Position numbers and translations under genes: made by a program
Shown: piece by piece, positions 54,578 to 64,000 of the stretch
Layout of the letters: the number at the start of each line of letters is the position of its first letter
Numbering within the stretch: position 1 is the stretch's first letter
Notes under the pieces: model-generated
The model's database searches: none
What the model saw: only the letters and a program-made list of their open reading frames with translations
Told to the model about the DNA's origin: nothing
DNA from: an uncultured Candidatus Saccharibacteria bacterium
GTDB lineage: Bacteria; Patescibacteriota; Doudnabacteria; UBA920; 2-02-FULL-46-11
Reading direction: 5' to 3'
Length of the DNA: 64,000 nt
Assembly (NCBI GenBank): GCA_964609765.1
Contig: CAZSSD010000001.1
Span: forward strand, 45,282 to 109,281

Positions 54578-56962
54578 ATGCCGACATCCGCCCAAAACGA
54601 ATCAACACAATCTCTCCCCTTGATCCCTTTGCGGGATACTGTTTTGTTTCCGGAAATGTCTCTCCCCGTCGTGGTTGGCCGCAGTAAATCATTGGCGGCT
54701 TTAAAGGCGGGTCTTAACGAGGGCCGCCAGGTCATTTTGACGAGTCAAAAAAATCCGGATGTGGAAGACCCTGTTTTAAAAGATCTCTACCAGGTTGGTG
54801 TTCTCGCCAAAGTCTTGGATGTTTCACCTTTGGATCAGGAACCGGTGCAGGCTTATGTTGAAGTGACTGAACGCGTCAAGATAGGCGAGGTGGTTTTAGA
54901 CGATCCATATCTCGAAGCAACCTTCCAAATTTTAAAAAGCCTGCCGCATGAAGCAAGCCCCGAAGTCGAAGCCTTAGCCCGAAGTGTTAAGGAGCGTTTT
55001 CAGGAAGTGGTTTTTATCGGCAAAACCGTACCGCTGGAACTGACTTTTGGCGTCTTAAAAGAAGGCGTTGAACCGGAAAAACTGTCTTATATTTTGCCGC
55101 AGGTCTTAAACCTCTCGGTTGAAGATAAGCAGGAAATATTGGAAACATTGGATGTGGCGAAGCGGTTGCGCTTAATCATGCAGCTTTTGAGCAAAGAATT
55201 GGAAGTTATCAACGTACAGGAGAAAGTTAAAAAAGAAACCACCGAGCAGCTTTCCAAAATGCAAAGGGAGGTGATTCTGCGCGAGCAGCTTAAGGCTATT
55301 GAAAAAGAACTGGGTATTCAGGACGAGCGTGAAGACTATCTGGAATTGGCCAAAAAGATCAGTGAAGCCGGTATGCCCAAGGAGGTCGAGCAAAAAGCCA
55401 AAAACGAATTGGCCCGGCTGCGCAAAATGACTTCATTATCACCGGAGGCCTCGTATATCCGCACTTATTTGGAATGGCTGGTCGATTTGCCTTGGAGTAA
55501 ACAGACTTCAACCGCGATCGATATCGAGAAGGCCAAGGATATTTTGGAAAGGGATCATTATGGTCTGGAAAAAGTCAAAGAGCGTATTTTGGAATACCTG
55601 GCCGTTCAAAAGCTCTCGAATAAGCTGAAGGGTCCAATTTTATGTTTCTTTGGTCCGCCCGGTGTGGGTAAGACTTCAATCGGTCAGTCAATCGCTAAAT
55701 CACTGAACCGCAAATTTGTGCGAGTTTCTTTGGGCGGTGTGCGCGATGAAGCCGAAATCCGCGGCCATCGGCGTACTTATGTGGGCGCGTTGCCCGGCCG
55801 CATCATTCAGGGCATCAAAAACGCGGGTACCAATAATCCGGTGTTTATGCTCGATGAAATTGATAAGGTCGGCGCCGATTTTCGCGGTGATCCGTCTTCG
55901 GCCTTGTTGGAAACCCTGGACCCGGAACAGAACAACACTTTTTCCGATCATTATCTGGAAGTACCTTTTGATCTTTCTAACGTTTTGTTCATTACGACCG
56001 CCAACACTCTGGACACCATCCCTCCGGCCCTGCGTGATCGTTTGGAAGTTATAGAATTTACGGGTTATACCATCAATGAAAAAGAGGCGATTGCCAAGCA
56101 GTATTTATGGCCCAAGGTTGTGGAAAGCCATGGTCTTGACGCTGGCCTTAAGCTTGCCGATGAAGCTTTGCAGCTGGTGGTGGTCAAATACACCAAGGAA
56201 GCCGGTGTTAGAAATTTAGAGAGACTGTTAGCGACCGTGGCCAGAAAACTGGCTCGCCAGAAAGTAGAGGGTAAAGAACTGCCCGAAGAAATTACGCCGG
56301 ATATTGTGCGCGAAAGTTTGGGAGCGGAAAAATTTCCAGAAACGCTTTCCCAAGCGACCGATGAGGTGGGTGTTTCTACCGGCCTCGCTTGGACGCAGGC
56401 AGGCGGTGAAATCCTATTTATTGAGGCCAATTTGATGCCAGGCAAGGGTAACCTGCTTTTGACGGGCCAACTGGGCGACGTGATGAAGGAATCGGCCCAG
56501 GCGGCGCTTTCCTATATACGCTCAAGGGCTACGGATTTAGGGCTTGAAGAGCATTTTTTGGAAAAAAAGGACGTTCATGTCCACGTGCCCGCCGGCGCCA
56601 TACCTAAGGATGGCCCTTCGGCAGGCATTGCTATCGCCACGGCCATCGCTTCGGCGGTTACTAAAATGCCAGTCAGAAAAGAAGTCGGTTTAACCGGCGA
56701 AGTGACTATTCGCGGCCGCGCTTTGGAGATCGGCGGTATTAAGGAAAAGTTGATTGCCGCTTCCCGCGCGGGCGTGAAAGAAGTAATCATACCGGCCGAA
56801 AATAAGAAAAATCTTGAAGATGTGCCGGCAGACGTGCTGAACAAACTCAAAATTCATTGTGTTGAAAATATGGATGAAGTTCTGCCGCTGGCGTTCTTGA
56901 AAAAAACCAGCAGATCGCGAAGCGAGAGCTCGTCATCCACCAAGACGCAGCCAATGGTTTAG
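54578..56962 (+). CDS. lon: ATP-dependent Lon protease
   Basis: Walker [10 protein letters not shown] and catalytic [10 protein letters not shown] (Ser-Lys dyad). Confidence 0.92.
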   Translation: MPTSAQNESTQSLPLIPLRDTVLFPEMSLPVVVGRSKSLAALKAGLNEGRQVILTSQKNPDVEDPVLKDLYQVGVLAKVLDVSPLDQEPVQAYVEVTERVKIGEVVLDDPYLEATFQILKSLPHEASPEVEALARSVKERFQEVVFIGKTVPLELTFGVLKEGVEPEKLSYILPQVLNLSVEDKQEILETLDVAKRLRLIMQLLSKELEVINVQEKVKKETTEQLSKMQREVILREQLKAIEKELGIQDEREDYLELAKKISEAGMPKEVEQKAKNELARLRKMTSLSPEASYIRTYLEWLVDLPWSKQTSTAIDIEKAKDILERDHYGLEKVKERILEYLAVQKLSNKLKGPILCFFGPPGVGKTSIGQSIAKSLNRKFVRVSLGGVRDEAEIRGHRRTYVGALPGRIIQGIKNAGTNNPVFMLDEIDKVGADFRGDPSSALLETLDPEQNNTFSDHYLEVPFDLSNVLFITTANTLDTIPPALRDRLEVIEFTGYTINEKEAIAKQYLWPKVVESHGLDAGLKLADEALQLVVVKYTKEAGVRNLERLLATVARKLARQKVEGKELPEEITPDIVRESLGAEKFPETLSQATDEVGVSTGLAWTQAGGEILFIEANLMPGKGNLLLTGQLGDVMKESAQAALSYIRSRATDLGLEEHFLEKKDVHVHVPAGAIPKDGPSAGIAIATAIASAVTKMPVRKEVGLTGEVTIRGRALEIGGIKEKLIAASRAGVKEVIIPAENKKNLEDVPADVLNKLKIHCVENMDEVLPLAFLKKTSRSRSESSSSTKTQPMV

Positions 56963-57149
56963 GGCTTTGGGTAAAGCCTGCCGGACATGCTAAAATAAAA
57001 AGGCAATGATCGGATATATCATAAGCGGTGTGCTTATAGCTTTATACGTTTTTCTGACCCTGGCTTTTCAGATCCAGTCTGGTTTTGTGGCTTTGCTTTT
57101 GCCTTTGGGTTTTTTAGTTCTCGGTGTCACCATGTTTTTCCCTCGGTAG

Positions 57150-57420
57150 GGCGCGCCCAGTATTACTGGGTGTGGATGACTTACTTGCGTCATTGTGGTA
57201 CCATAGATTTGCAAACAAAAGGTTTGCAAAAAAGAGGGACAAGCCCCCATACCACTTTTTACGCAGTCGATTGAAAGTTGGTATGGGGGCTGTCTTTAAC
57301 TCGGGAGGAGACACCTGCGGTTTCTCCTCCAGCGGTCCTCCACTTCCCTTAGTGGTTTCACTCGAACTGGCAAAGCCAGATTCTCGCGACCAATTATTAG
57401 TTGAGAGTCCCAATGAACAG
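57150..57420. ncRNA. hairpin-dense non-coding stretch (candidate small structured RNA); strand unknown
   Basis: Six consecutive stem-loops (CCCAGTA/TACTGGG; GCAAAC/GTTTGC; AGCCCCCATACCA/TGGTATGGGGGCT; GGAGGAGA/TCTCCTCC; CTGGC/GCCAG). Only junk ORFs on both strands. Confidence 0.25.
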
Positions 57421-57741
57421 TAAGATCAAACCTTATTTTACTTACATAATAATCTTTGCGGTAACTTACTTAATTGCGGGTCTGCTGACGCCGGTTTTTG
57501 CGGATATGACTTTTGCCTCTTTTATCGACAATGTGGGTAGAGGCATCAGCGCCGCTTCAGCCGGAGTACGTTAAAAGATTATTTAGGGAATAGGCTAGTC
57601 CCTCGAGAAAAACGTCGCGCAGGGCGAGCTGCTAGGCTTCGATGAAGTCGAAAGCGAGCCCGAGCGAGAAGAAAAACTTGCCGCAGAGCAAGTTTATTCT
57701 GTTTTTTCGAGAGGAGCTAGACTATTCTTTTTAAGGGTAAT

Positions 57742-57769
57742 TTGAGAATAAATATTTTTACACTATAAT
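57742..57769 (+). promoter_or_regulatory. sigma70-like promoter TTGAGA-16 nt-TATAAT upstream of trxB
   Basis: Consensus -10 box 15 nt before ATG 57785. Confidence 0.45.
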
Positions 57770-57784
57770 GATCTAGTAATATAT

Positions 57785-58705
57785 ATGATAGAACGAAATT
57801 TGATTATTATTGGTTCGGGACCGGCCGGGCTAACCGCCGCCATCTATGCGGCGCGAGCCAATTTATCGCCGCTGGTTATCTCTGGATTGCAACCCGGTGG
57901 GCAGTTAACCCAAACCACGGAAGTGGAAAACTACCCGGGTTTCCCCGAAGGCATTCTAGGGCCGGAATTAATGGACAAGTTTAAAAAGCAGGCCGGCCGT
58001 TTTGGCGCTGAATTTGTCGATAGCGCCGTAGAAAGCGTAGATTTCGCAAGGCAGCCTTTTAAGGTAAAGGTGGCTGCTACGGAGTATAGCGCCAAGGCAG
58101 TTATTATTGCCACTGGCGCTTCCTCAATCTGGTTAGGTTTGCCTAAAGAGCAAGAATTAATAGGGCACGGCGTTTCATCCTGCGCCACCTGTGATGGCTT
58201 CTTTTTCCGGAATAAGGACATAATTGTGGTGGGTGGGGGCGACAGCGCCATGGAAGAGGCCACTTATTTAAGCAAATTTGTCAAAAGTATTAAAGTTGTG
58301 CATCGCCGCGGCGAACTAAAAGCCAGCAAAATTATGCAGGAGCGGGCCATGAATGACCCTAAAATTTCTTTTATCTGGAATACGGTGGTAGAAGAGTTGG
58401 TGGGCGATACTAAACTAGCGGGCGTCAAGCTGCGCAACGTGGAAACCAATAAAATTACGGAAATGCCGATCGATGGAATGTTTGTGGCTATCGGACATAA
58501 GCCCAACACCGGGGTGTTCAAGGGCCAGATAGATTTAGATGAGGTAAAAGGTTATATTAAAGTCCATGATCATACCAGGACCAACATTGAGGGCGTTTTT
58601 GTGGCGGGGGATGTGCATGACCATCATTACCGCCAGGCCGTGACCGCGGCCGGCTTTGGCTGCATGGCGGCGATGGACGCGGAGAAGTATCTGGGCTCGC
58701 GTTAG
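57785..58705 (+). CDS. trxB: thioredoxin reductase
   Basis: GSGPAGLTAAIYAAR (FAD), CATCDGFF (redox CxxC) and GGGDSAME (NADPH). Confidence 0.9.
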   Translation: MIERNLIIIGSGPAGLTAAIYAARANLSPLVISGLQPGGQLTQTTEVENYPGFPEGILGPELMDKFKKQAGRFGAEFVDSAVESVDFARQPFKVKVAATEYSAKAVIIATGASSIWLGLPKEQELIGHGVSSCATCDGFFFRNKDIIVVGGGDSAMEEATYLSKFVKSIKVVHRRGELKASKIMQERAMNDPKISFIWNTVVEELVGDTKLAGVKLRNVETNKITEMPIDGMFVAIGHKPNTGVFKGQIDLDEVKGYIKVHDHTRTNIEGVFVAGDVHDHHYRQAVTAAGFGCMAAMDAEKYLGSR

Positions 58706-58979
58706 CCTGTCGGTCTCCCGCCTAGCACCCTTCGAAAAACCGTCCTCAACTTTCTCCGGCGGAAAGTTGGGACTTAGCACTCGGACTCGCTCTTGCTTCG
58801 CAAGACCAAGCAGCTCGTCCTCCGTGAAATTTTTCTCAGGCCCTAGGCAGAGGCCTTAGCGTCCTATCCTCGCTCACCCCTAAGGAAAACTGAAAAAGTT
58901 GACGAATAGCGCCAAAAGCGCTACTTTTTAATGTTACACCGCGCCCGGCGATCCGGGTACCAGTGCTAGAGGAGGCATC

Positions 58980-59468
58980 ATGTCAGAGCCACTGTTCAGC
59001 CAAAACGGCCGGCGCATTACGTTCTACTGCGGTCTGGGCAGTACGAACTGCTACGCCAGGCAGGGTAGCAATGAGGAGCTGATCATCACGGACGGCGATG
59101 TGTTGACCGCACTTGGGCTGGTCTTCGCAGCCCGCGCGGATCTCGCCGATGTCTTCGAGCAGGCGCATTGGACCCGGAGCTACGCGCAGGAGACCGCCGA
59201 CATACTCGGCGCGGTCAGGTTCCAGGGCACCTCGTCCTCTCAGCCCAGGGTTAAGATAGATGTCGACGTGTCGGAATGCCGTTTGGAGTTCTATGGCGAG
59301 TTTCTGAAGGTAACCCTGCCGACTCACTGGTTCCTCAACAGGCTGCTTGACTTCCTTGCAAGGCACCCGCAACTTCCCGAGATCAGTGCGGCCCGGTTGA
59401 ACGCAAGCGCTTTGCGCGAGGGCTGGGCGGAGTTTGCCCGCACCCGATCGTCGCCTAGCGGCCGCTGA
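58980..59468 (+). CDS. hypothetical protein (162 aa) in a second high-GC island; probable horizontally acquired ORFan
   Basis: GGAGG RBS 5 nt before the ATG. High GC3 in this frame only. Strong terminator downstream. Both flanks are AT-rich. Confidence 0.5.
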   Translation: MSEPLFSQNGRRITFYCGLGSTNCYARQGSNEELIITDGDVLTALGLVFAARADLADVFEQAHWTRSYAQETADILGAVRFQGTSSSQPRVKIDVDVSECRLEFYGEFLKVTLPTHWFLNRLLDFLARHPQLPEISAARLNASALREGWAEFARTRSSPSGR

Positions 59469-59491
59469 ACAGCCGAGTTATGCCTCTTAAG

Positions 59492-59530
59492 GCCACCGGA
59501 GCCACGCGCCCGGTGGCTTCGGATTTTTTG
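59492..59530 (+). terminator. rho-independent terminator (GCCACCGG...CCGGTGGC plus TTCGGATTTTTT); an adjacent opposite-strand hairpin at 59536-59560 terminates trxA
   Basis: 8-bp GC stem followed by a T-tract. The second hairpin, AAACCACCC-gac-GGGTGGTTT, has its A-run on the + strand. Confidence 0.6.
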
Positions 59531-59565
59531 GGGACTAAAAAACCACCCGACGGTGGTTTGTTTGC

Positions 59566-59886
59566 TTAGAAATGGGCTTTGAGTTTTGCTTCAATAATAC
59601 TTTTGGGAACGACACCGATCACTTCGTCTACAACCTCGCCGTTTTTGAAAATTTTTAAATTTGGAATAGACATAATATTATAACGGCCTGCTACCTCGGG
59701 GTTCTCGTCCACATTTAGCTTGGCAATTTTAACTTTTTCGGCGTGTTCCGCGGCAATCTCGTCAAGCACCGGCGCGATTACCCGGCAAGGCGCGCACCAT
59801 TCGGCCCAAAAGTCTACCAACACTAATTTGTCAGAGCCGGTCACTTCACTGTCAAAACTTTGATCGGTCACAGTCACAGCATTCAT
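59566..59886 (-). CDS. trxA: thioredoxin
   Basis: FWAEWCAPCR active site; 106 aa. Confidence 0.9.
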   Translation of the reverse strand: MNAVTVTDQSFDSEVTGSDKLVLVDFWAEWCAPCRVIAPVLDEIAAEHAEKVKIAKLNVDENPEVAGRYNIMSIPNLKIFKNGEVVDEVIGVVPKSIIEAKLKAHF

Positions 59887-60001
59887 GTTTTTTTAGCTTT
59901 GTTAATAATAGCTTTAACAACATAACAAAAGTAAAACGGCTTGGCAACTGTTTCCCAACTTACAAAAAATTCATTATAATAAACAAAGTAGGTAAAGCAA
60001 A

Positions 60002-60985
60002 ATGGATACAAATCTGACGCCGGACCACCCAAAATTGGCAATACTCAAAAGAGCCCTGCAAGGCAAGAATCTTGCTATTTTAGTATTCATTCTTATTTTG
60101 TTGCTTTTCTTCTATGGTCGCGGCGAAGAGGGTATTGTCGAGAGTGCCGCTTCCGCTCAAACTATGAGCAGTCACCCGCCCTTACCTGTTCAAAATTCCA
60201 TTTTAGAATCGCGGCCGGCGCTCAAAAATGGCATTGAGCCAAATTCAATAACCTTAACGGCCAGAGCTGGAATTGTCTACGAACTGGATTCCCAAAAAGT
60301 GCTCTACAGCAAGAATATTGAGCAACCTTTGCCCGTCGCGAGTTTGACCAAACTGACCACGGCTTTGCTGGTTTCCAGGCATTTATCGCCCGAGCAGGTT
60401 GTTACGGTAGACAACCAAAAATTGTCGGATATTGCTGACCCAAAACTTGATCTCGTTTACGGCGAAAAGATCCGAGTCGGCGATTTGGTAGAGGGGATGC
60501 TCGTGGCTTCGGCTAATGACGCGGCCGAGGTCTTGGCCGAGGCTGTGGGTAAAGGGGATAGGCAGAAGGCCGTTGTCATGATGAACTCATTGGCTTCCAA
60601 TCTAGGCCTTAAGAGCACTCATTACGCCAATCCGACTGGCTTTGACCACCCAAGTGGGTATTCCACAATCCTGGACGTCCTGACCGTAGTTTTTGAAGTT
60701 GAGCGTACGCCTTGGTTGATGTCTTTATTGTCCGAAAGCAGGGGAGAAGTGCGGTCCGTTGATGGAAAGCTTACACATCGCTTTAATACGACCAACCGAT
60801 TATTGAGCACTGATTATGTCACGGGCGGTAAAACCGGGTTTACCGACGGCGCCCTGGGCAATTTAGTTGTTTTTGCCAAAAGCCCCAACCAGTCGCCGCT
60901 CGTGGCTATTATTATCGGCAGTGAAGACCGCGAGGGTGAAATGCAAAGGCTGCTGGAATGGACCTTTGCCTCCTATAATTGGTGA
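60002..60985 (+). CDS. D-alanyl-D-alanine carboxypeptidase (S11, PBP5-like), membrane-anchored
   Basis: N-terminal TM segment; ASLTKLTT (SxxK), SANDAA (SxN) and KTGFT (KTG). Confidence 0.8.
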   Translation: MDTNLTPDHPKLAILKRALQGKNLAILVFILILLLFFYGRGEEGIVESAASAQTMSSHPPLPVQNSILESRPALKNGIEPNSITLTARAGIVYELDSQKVLYSKNIEQPLPVASLTKLTTALLVSRHLSPEQVVTVDNQKLSDIADPKLDLVYGEKIRVGDLVEGMLVASANDAAEVLAEAVGKGDRQKAVVMMNSLASNLGLKSTHYANPTGFDHPSGYSTILDVLTVVFEVERTPWLMSLLSESRGEVRSVDGKLTHRFNTTNRLLSTDYVTGGKTGFTDGALGNLVVFAKSPNQSPLVAIIIGSEDREGEMQRLLEWTFASYNW

Positions 60986-61008
60986 GTTATAATTTAGTGG
61001 CTTAAAAT

Positions 61009-62073
61009 ATGACCGAACAATTTTTTCCAATCGTCAGAATACTTTTTTTTACATTCGTTGCTTTTAGCTTAAGTTTTTGGGCGACTCCGCTTTTGACCCA
61101 CTTTTTGTACAAATACAAATTTTGGAAACCCAAGGTGCGCACGCTGGGGCTTGACGGCCAACCGACGCCGATTTTTTCAAAACTGCACGCCGATCGGGAA
61201 ATAAATACTCCCCGCATGGGCGGAGTTTTAATTTGGGTGATATCGGGGCTAGTGGTTTTGGCCGGATTTATTATTTCTCGCTTTTCTTCAAATGCTGAAT
61301 TTTGGAATGTTTTAGACAGAGGCCAAACTTGGCTTCCCCTCTTCACGCTCCTTACGGCTGGCGTGATCGGCGCCCTTGACGACGTACTGGTCATCAAGTC
61401 CCGGGGCGCTTATGTGGGCGGCGGGCTGGCTATGAAATGGCGTCTGCTTTTGGTGGCCATTATTGGCTTAATCGGAGCCTGGTGGTTTACCTCAAAACTC
61501 GGTTTTAGCGAGATCTTTGTGCCCTTCGTAGGCAATCTTGATATTGGCTGGCTTTACGGACCCCTTTTTGTGATTGTGCTCTTCGCCACGTTTTCATCCG
61601 GCGTCGTGGACGGATTAGACGGCCTTTCCGGCGGGGTCTTTGCCACTATATTTTTGGCCTACGCCGCCATCGCTTACTCGCGCGGTCAATTTGAGCTCGC
61701 CACCTTTTGCGCGATTTTACTCGGCACCATGTTGGCCTATTTATGGTTTAATATACCGCCGGCGCGCTTTTATATGGGCGAAACCGGCATCCTCGCTTTA
61801 ACTACCACGTTAACCGTGGTCGCTTTTCTGACTAATGCGGTGCTGCTCCTGCCAATTGCGGGCATCATTTTGGTGGCCGAAACCGGGTCAGTAATTATAC
61901 AATTGCTCTCGAAAAAGTTTCGTCACGGCAAGAAAGTATTTTTGTCCGCGCCGCTGCACCATCATTTTGAAGCCCAAGGCTGGCCCCATTACAAGGTGAC
62001 TATGCGGTTTTGGGTAATTTCGGCTGTTTTTTGCCTGTTGGCGCTGCTTATTTATTTGGTCGGCCCTCGATAG
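61009..62073 (+). CDS. mraY: phospho-N-acetylmuramoyl-pentapeptide transferase
   Basis: NTPRMGGVLIW (the MraY KxGTPTMGG-type motif), DDxxD-like motifs, and PLHHHFE. Confidence 0.85.
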   Translation: MTEQFFPIVRILFFTFVAFSLSFWATPLLTHFLYKYKFWKPKVRTLGLDGQPTPIFSKLHADREINTPRMGGVLIWVISGLVVLAGFIISRFSSNAEFWNVLDRGQTWLPLFTLLTAGVIGALDDVLVIKSRGAYVGGGLAMKWRLLLVAIIGLIGAWWFTSKLGFSEIFVPFVGNLDIGWLYGPLFVIVLFATFSSGVVDGLDGLSGGVFATIFLAYAAIAYSRGQFELATFCAILLGTMLAYLWFNIPPARFYMGETGILALTTTLTVVAFLTNAVLLLPIAGIILVAETGSVIIQLLSKKFRHGKKVFLSAPLHHHFEAQGWPHYKVTMRFWVISAVFCLLALLIYLVGPR

Positions 62074-62129
62074 CTTGTGGTAAAATAGAAGAGCGCGCAA
62101 TCGTTTAGAAATCAAAATTAAATGCTGCC

Positions 62130-63734
62130 ATGCTGGACGTTCTGATAAAAAACGGTATTGTCTTTGACGGCACTGGCCAGGGCCATGGCGTGCGCCGCGA
62201 CATCGGCGTCCAAAATGGCGCAATTGTTTCGCTGGGCGATACGCCGCGGGCTAACGCCCATGAGGTAATCGATGCCGAGGGTCTTTATGTGGCCCCGGGC
62301 TTTATTGATATTCAGAACCATTCTGATAGCCATGGTTTGATCTTAAATAAGCCGGGGCTTGAGAGTATGGTCGCCCAGGGCGTGACCACGATTTGTGTTG
62401 GCCAGTGCGGCGCGTCTTTGGCTCCTTTGCCCGTTCTTTCTTCAATCAAATCTCTTCAAAAATGGGGCGGGTTCGAGGGTATTAATGCCGATTGGCGGTC
62501 CTTCGCGGAGTTTAGAGACCGCTTGGGTCCTAATTTATTTGGCGCCAATATTGCCAGTTTTGTCGGACACGGCACTTTGCGCAGGGCTTTTACCGGCGAC
62601 TCGGCGCGCGAGTTAACTCCCGACGAAATTAACCAGCTGGCCCTGATCCTGCGCCAAGCCTTAAACGAAGGCGCATTTGGCGTGTCTTTCGGTTTTCAAT
62701 ACGGCCACGAGATTAAAACAAGCGTGGCCGAGGTTTTAGCTCTGCTATCGGTGGCTAAGGAATTTGAGAGTATTTTTAGTCTGCATTTGCGCTCACAAGA
62801 TGAATCTTTACTGCAGTCAATTTCCGATGTTTTAGAAATCGCCCGGGCCGTGGGTGTTAAAACCAAGATCTCGCATCTCAAAGTGGAAGGCCTCAAGAAT
62901 AAGCACCAACTCGATCAGGGTTTGCGGCTCATTGAAAACGAATATCAGGCCGGTACGCCGATCCGGTTCGATGTTTATCCCTACACCACCACCTGGCGGT
63001 CACTTTACACTTACTTGCCCAGCTGGGCCTACGAGGGGGGCTTTCAGCCGATGCTCGAAAGGATGAAGCAGAAATCAGGAAAAATGCGCATATTAACACA
63101 GCTTGGCGAGAACCGCAGGCATTTGGCTGATTTGCTGGTCACAACCAGTCCCAAAGTTTACGGGTTTGTCGGCAAAACCGTGGCTCAAATCTCACACGGC
63201 CAGGGCTTAACACCCGAACAGGCCGTGTTGAACATTCTTTCGGCTAATCATGGCCAGACTGTTGTTTTTGATCATAATGTTGACCCCGGCCAGGTGACGT
63301 CTTTGCTTAAACACCCCTTGTCTTTTGTCGCTAGCGATGGCGTTGGTTATCCTTTTAACGAGCCTCTCGAATCAGAACTGCCCCATCCCCGTTGTTTTGG
63401 CACTTTTCCGCGTTTCCTGCGCATGCTCCGCAACGATAATGATGAGACTAATACCCTGCCGCTCTTGTCCTGGGCCGAGGGCTTGGCCAAAATCACGGGT
63501 TGGCCCGCTCAATTTTTAGGCTTAAGCAACCGCGGCTTTATTAGGAAAAATTATCGGGCCGACATCGTTGTTTTTGATCCCGACAATATTTCTGATTTGG
63601 CCACGTATACCAACCCCTTTAAGGCGCCGCAGGGCGTGCGTTATGTGCTTAACAACGGCAAGATCAGTCTTTTTGAAGGTCAGCTCACGGGTGTTTACGG
63701 TGGCCGCCTACTTAAGACTGCGAGCGCGGCTTAA
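62130..63734 (+). CDS. D-aminoacylase-family amidohydrolase (N-acyl-D-amino-acid deacylase-like)
   Basis: LDVLIKNGIVFDGTG...VIDAEGLYVAPGFIDIQNHSDSHG is the classic N-terminus of the D-aminoacylase/Amidohydro_3 family. Confidence 0.75.
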   Translation: MLDVLIKNGIVFDGTGQGHGVRRDIGVQNGAIVSLGDTPRANAHEVIDAEGLYVAPGFIDIQNHSDSHGLILNKPGLESMVAQGVTTICVGQCGASLAPLPVLSSIKSLQKWGGFEGINADWRSFAEFRDRLGPNLFGANIASFVGHGTLRRAFTGDSARELTPDEINQLALILRQALNEGAFGVSFGFQYGHEIKTSVAEVLALLSVAKEFESIFSLHLRSQDESLLQSISDVLEIARAVGVKTKISHLKVEGLKNKHQLDQGLRLIENEYQAGTPIRFDVYPYTTTWRSLYTYLPSWAYEGGFQPMLERMKQKSGKMRILTQLGENRRHLADLLVTTSPKVYGFVGKTVAQISHGQGLTPEQAVLNILSANHGQTVVFDHNVDPGQVTSLLKHPLSFVASDGVGYPFNEPLESELPHPRCFGTFPRFLRMLRNDNDETNTLPLLSWAEGLAKITGWPAQFLGLSNRGFIRKNYRADIVVFDPDNISDLATYTNPFKAPQGVRYVLNNGKISLFEGQLTGVYGGRLLKTASAA

Positions 63735-63741
63735 ATCTAGC

Positions 63742-64000
63742 CATGACCAAGCCAAATTTAAGCAATCCCAATTATGCCCTGCTAAGCTTGATTGTAGTTT
63801 TTCTGTTTTTGGGCATCACCGCCATCGCCTCGGCCTCATCGGTTATCTCTTGGAATAACCACGCCAATACCTATTACTATCTCGTGCACCAAATTCTTTT
63901 TGGCATAGTGCCCGGGATTATTTTGATGTTTATCGCGAGTCGTATCAATTATCGTTTTTGGCGGGCGATTTCGCCCTTTTTGCTTTTGCTGGCGCTTTTT
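63742..64000 (+). CDS. SEDS-family protein (FtsW/RodA), 3'-partial at the window end
   Basis: N-terminal TM helices (ALLSLIVVFLFLGITAIASASSV...). The position after mraY favours FtsW. Confidence 0.6.

Noticed and set aside
58983-59372. 129-aa minus-strand ORF overlapping the second high-GC island.
   Set aside because: Same reasoning: the + strand ORF has a GGAGG RBS, GC3 bias and a terminator.
1-64000. Mobile elements (transposase, integrase, phage genes) and CRISPR-Cas.
   Set aside because: No DDE/serine/tyrosine recombinase-like ORFs, no direct-repeat arrays and no cas-like genes were recognised. The two high-GC islands have no flanking recombinase or att-like repeats that I could see.

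Overview
This window looks like a small-genome, moderately AT-rich bacterium, probably a Candidate Phyla Radiation / Patescibacteria-type organism. It carries a tandem array of PEP-utilizing 'swivel'-domain paralogs, GT39/GT2/GT4 glycosylation genes, type IV pilins, an archaeal-type ProRS and several giant low-complexity proteins. It is mostly housekeeping content: rseP, proS, mreBCD-mrdA, greA, lysS, serS, an ftsQ-like gene, rplU, recR, dnaB, cysS, dnaX, pyrG, lon, trxB, trxA, a dacA-like gene, mraY and an ftsW-like gene. Standard genetic code (long ORFs, no in-frame UGA recoding). Features that stand out: (1) four tandem, divergent PEP-utilizer phosphohistidine swivel-domain proteins at 1-5704; (2) a 12-kb operon-like cluster at 30915-43048 encoding three giant low-complexity hypothetical proteins, two small proteins and a membrane-anchored FtsK/HerA-superfamily (VirB4/VirD4-like) P-loop ATPase, a candidate novel secretion/transfer apparatus; (3) two GC-rich, ORF-free, terminator/promoter-bounded regions at about 6890-7690 and 26383-26905 that look like structured ncRNAs (the first has RNase P-like motifs), the second followed by an atypical tRNA-like element with a tmRNA/tRNA-Ala-type acceptor stem and then a class II tRNA; (4) two small high-GC, high-GC3 ORFan genes (14418-14903 and 58980-59468), each with its own promoter/RBS and terminator, suggesting recent horizontal acquisition from a high-GC donor; (5) a D-aminoacylase-family gene sitting between mraY and an ftsW-like gene where murD would be expected. 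No CRISPR arrays, transposases or integrases were recognised. All functional calls rest on sequence motifs read by eye; none was checked by homology search.
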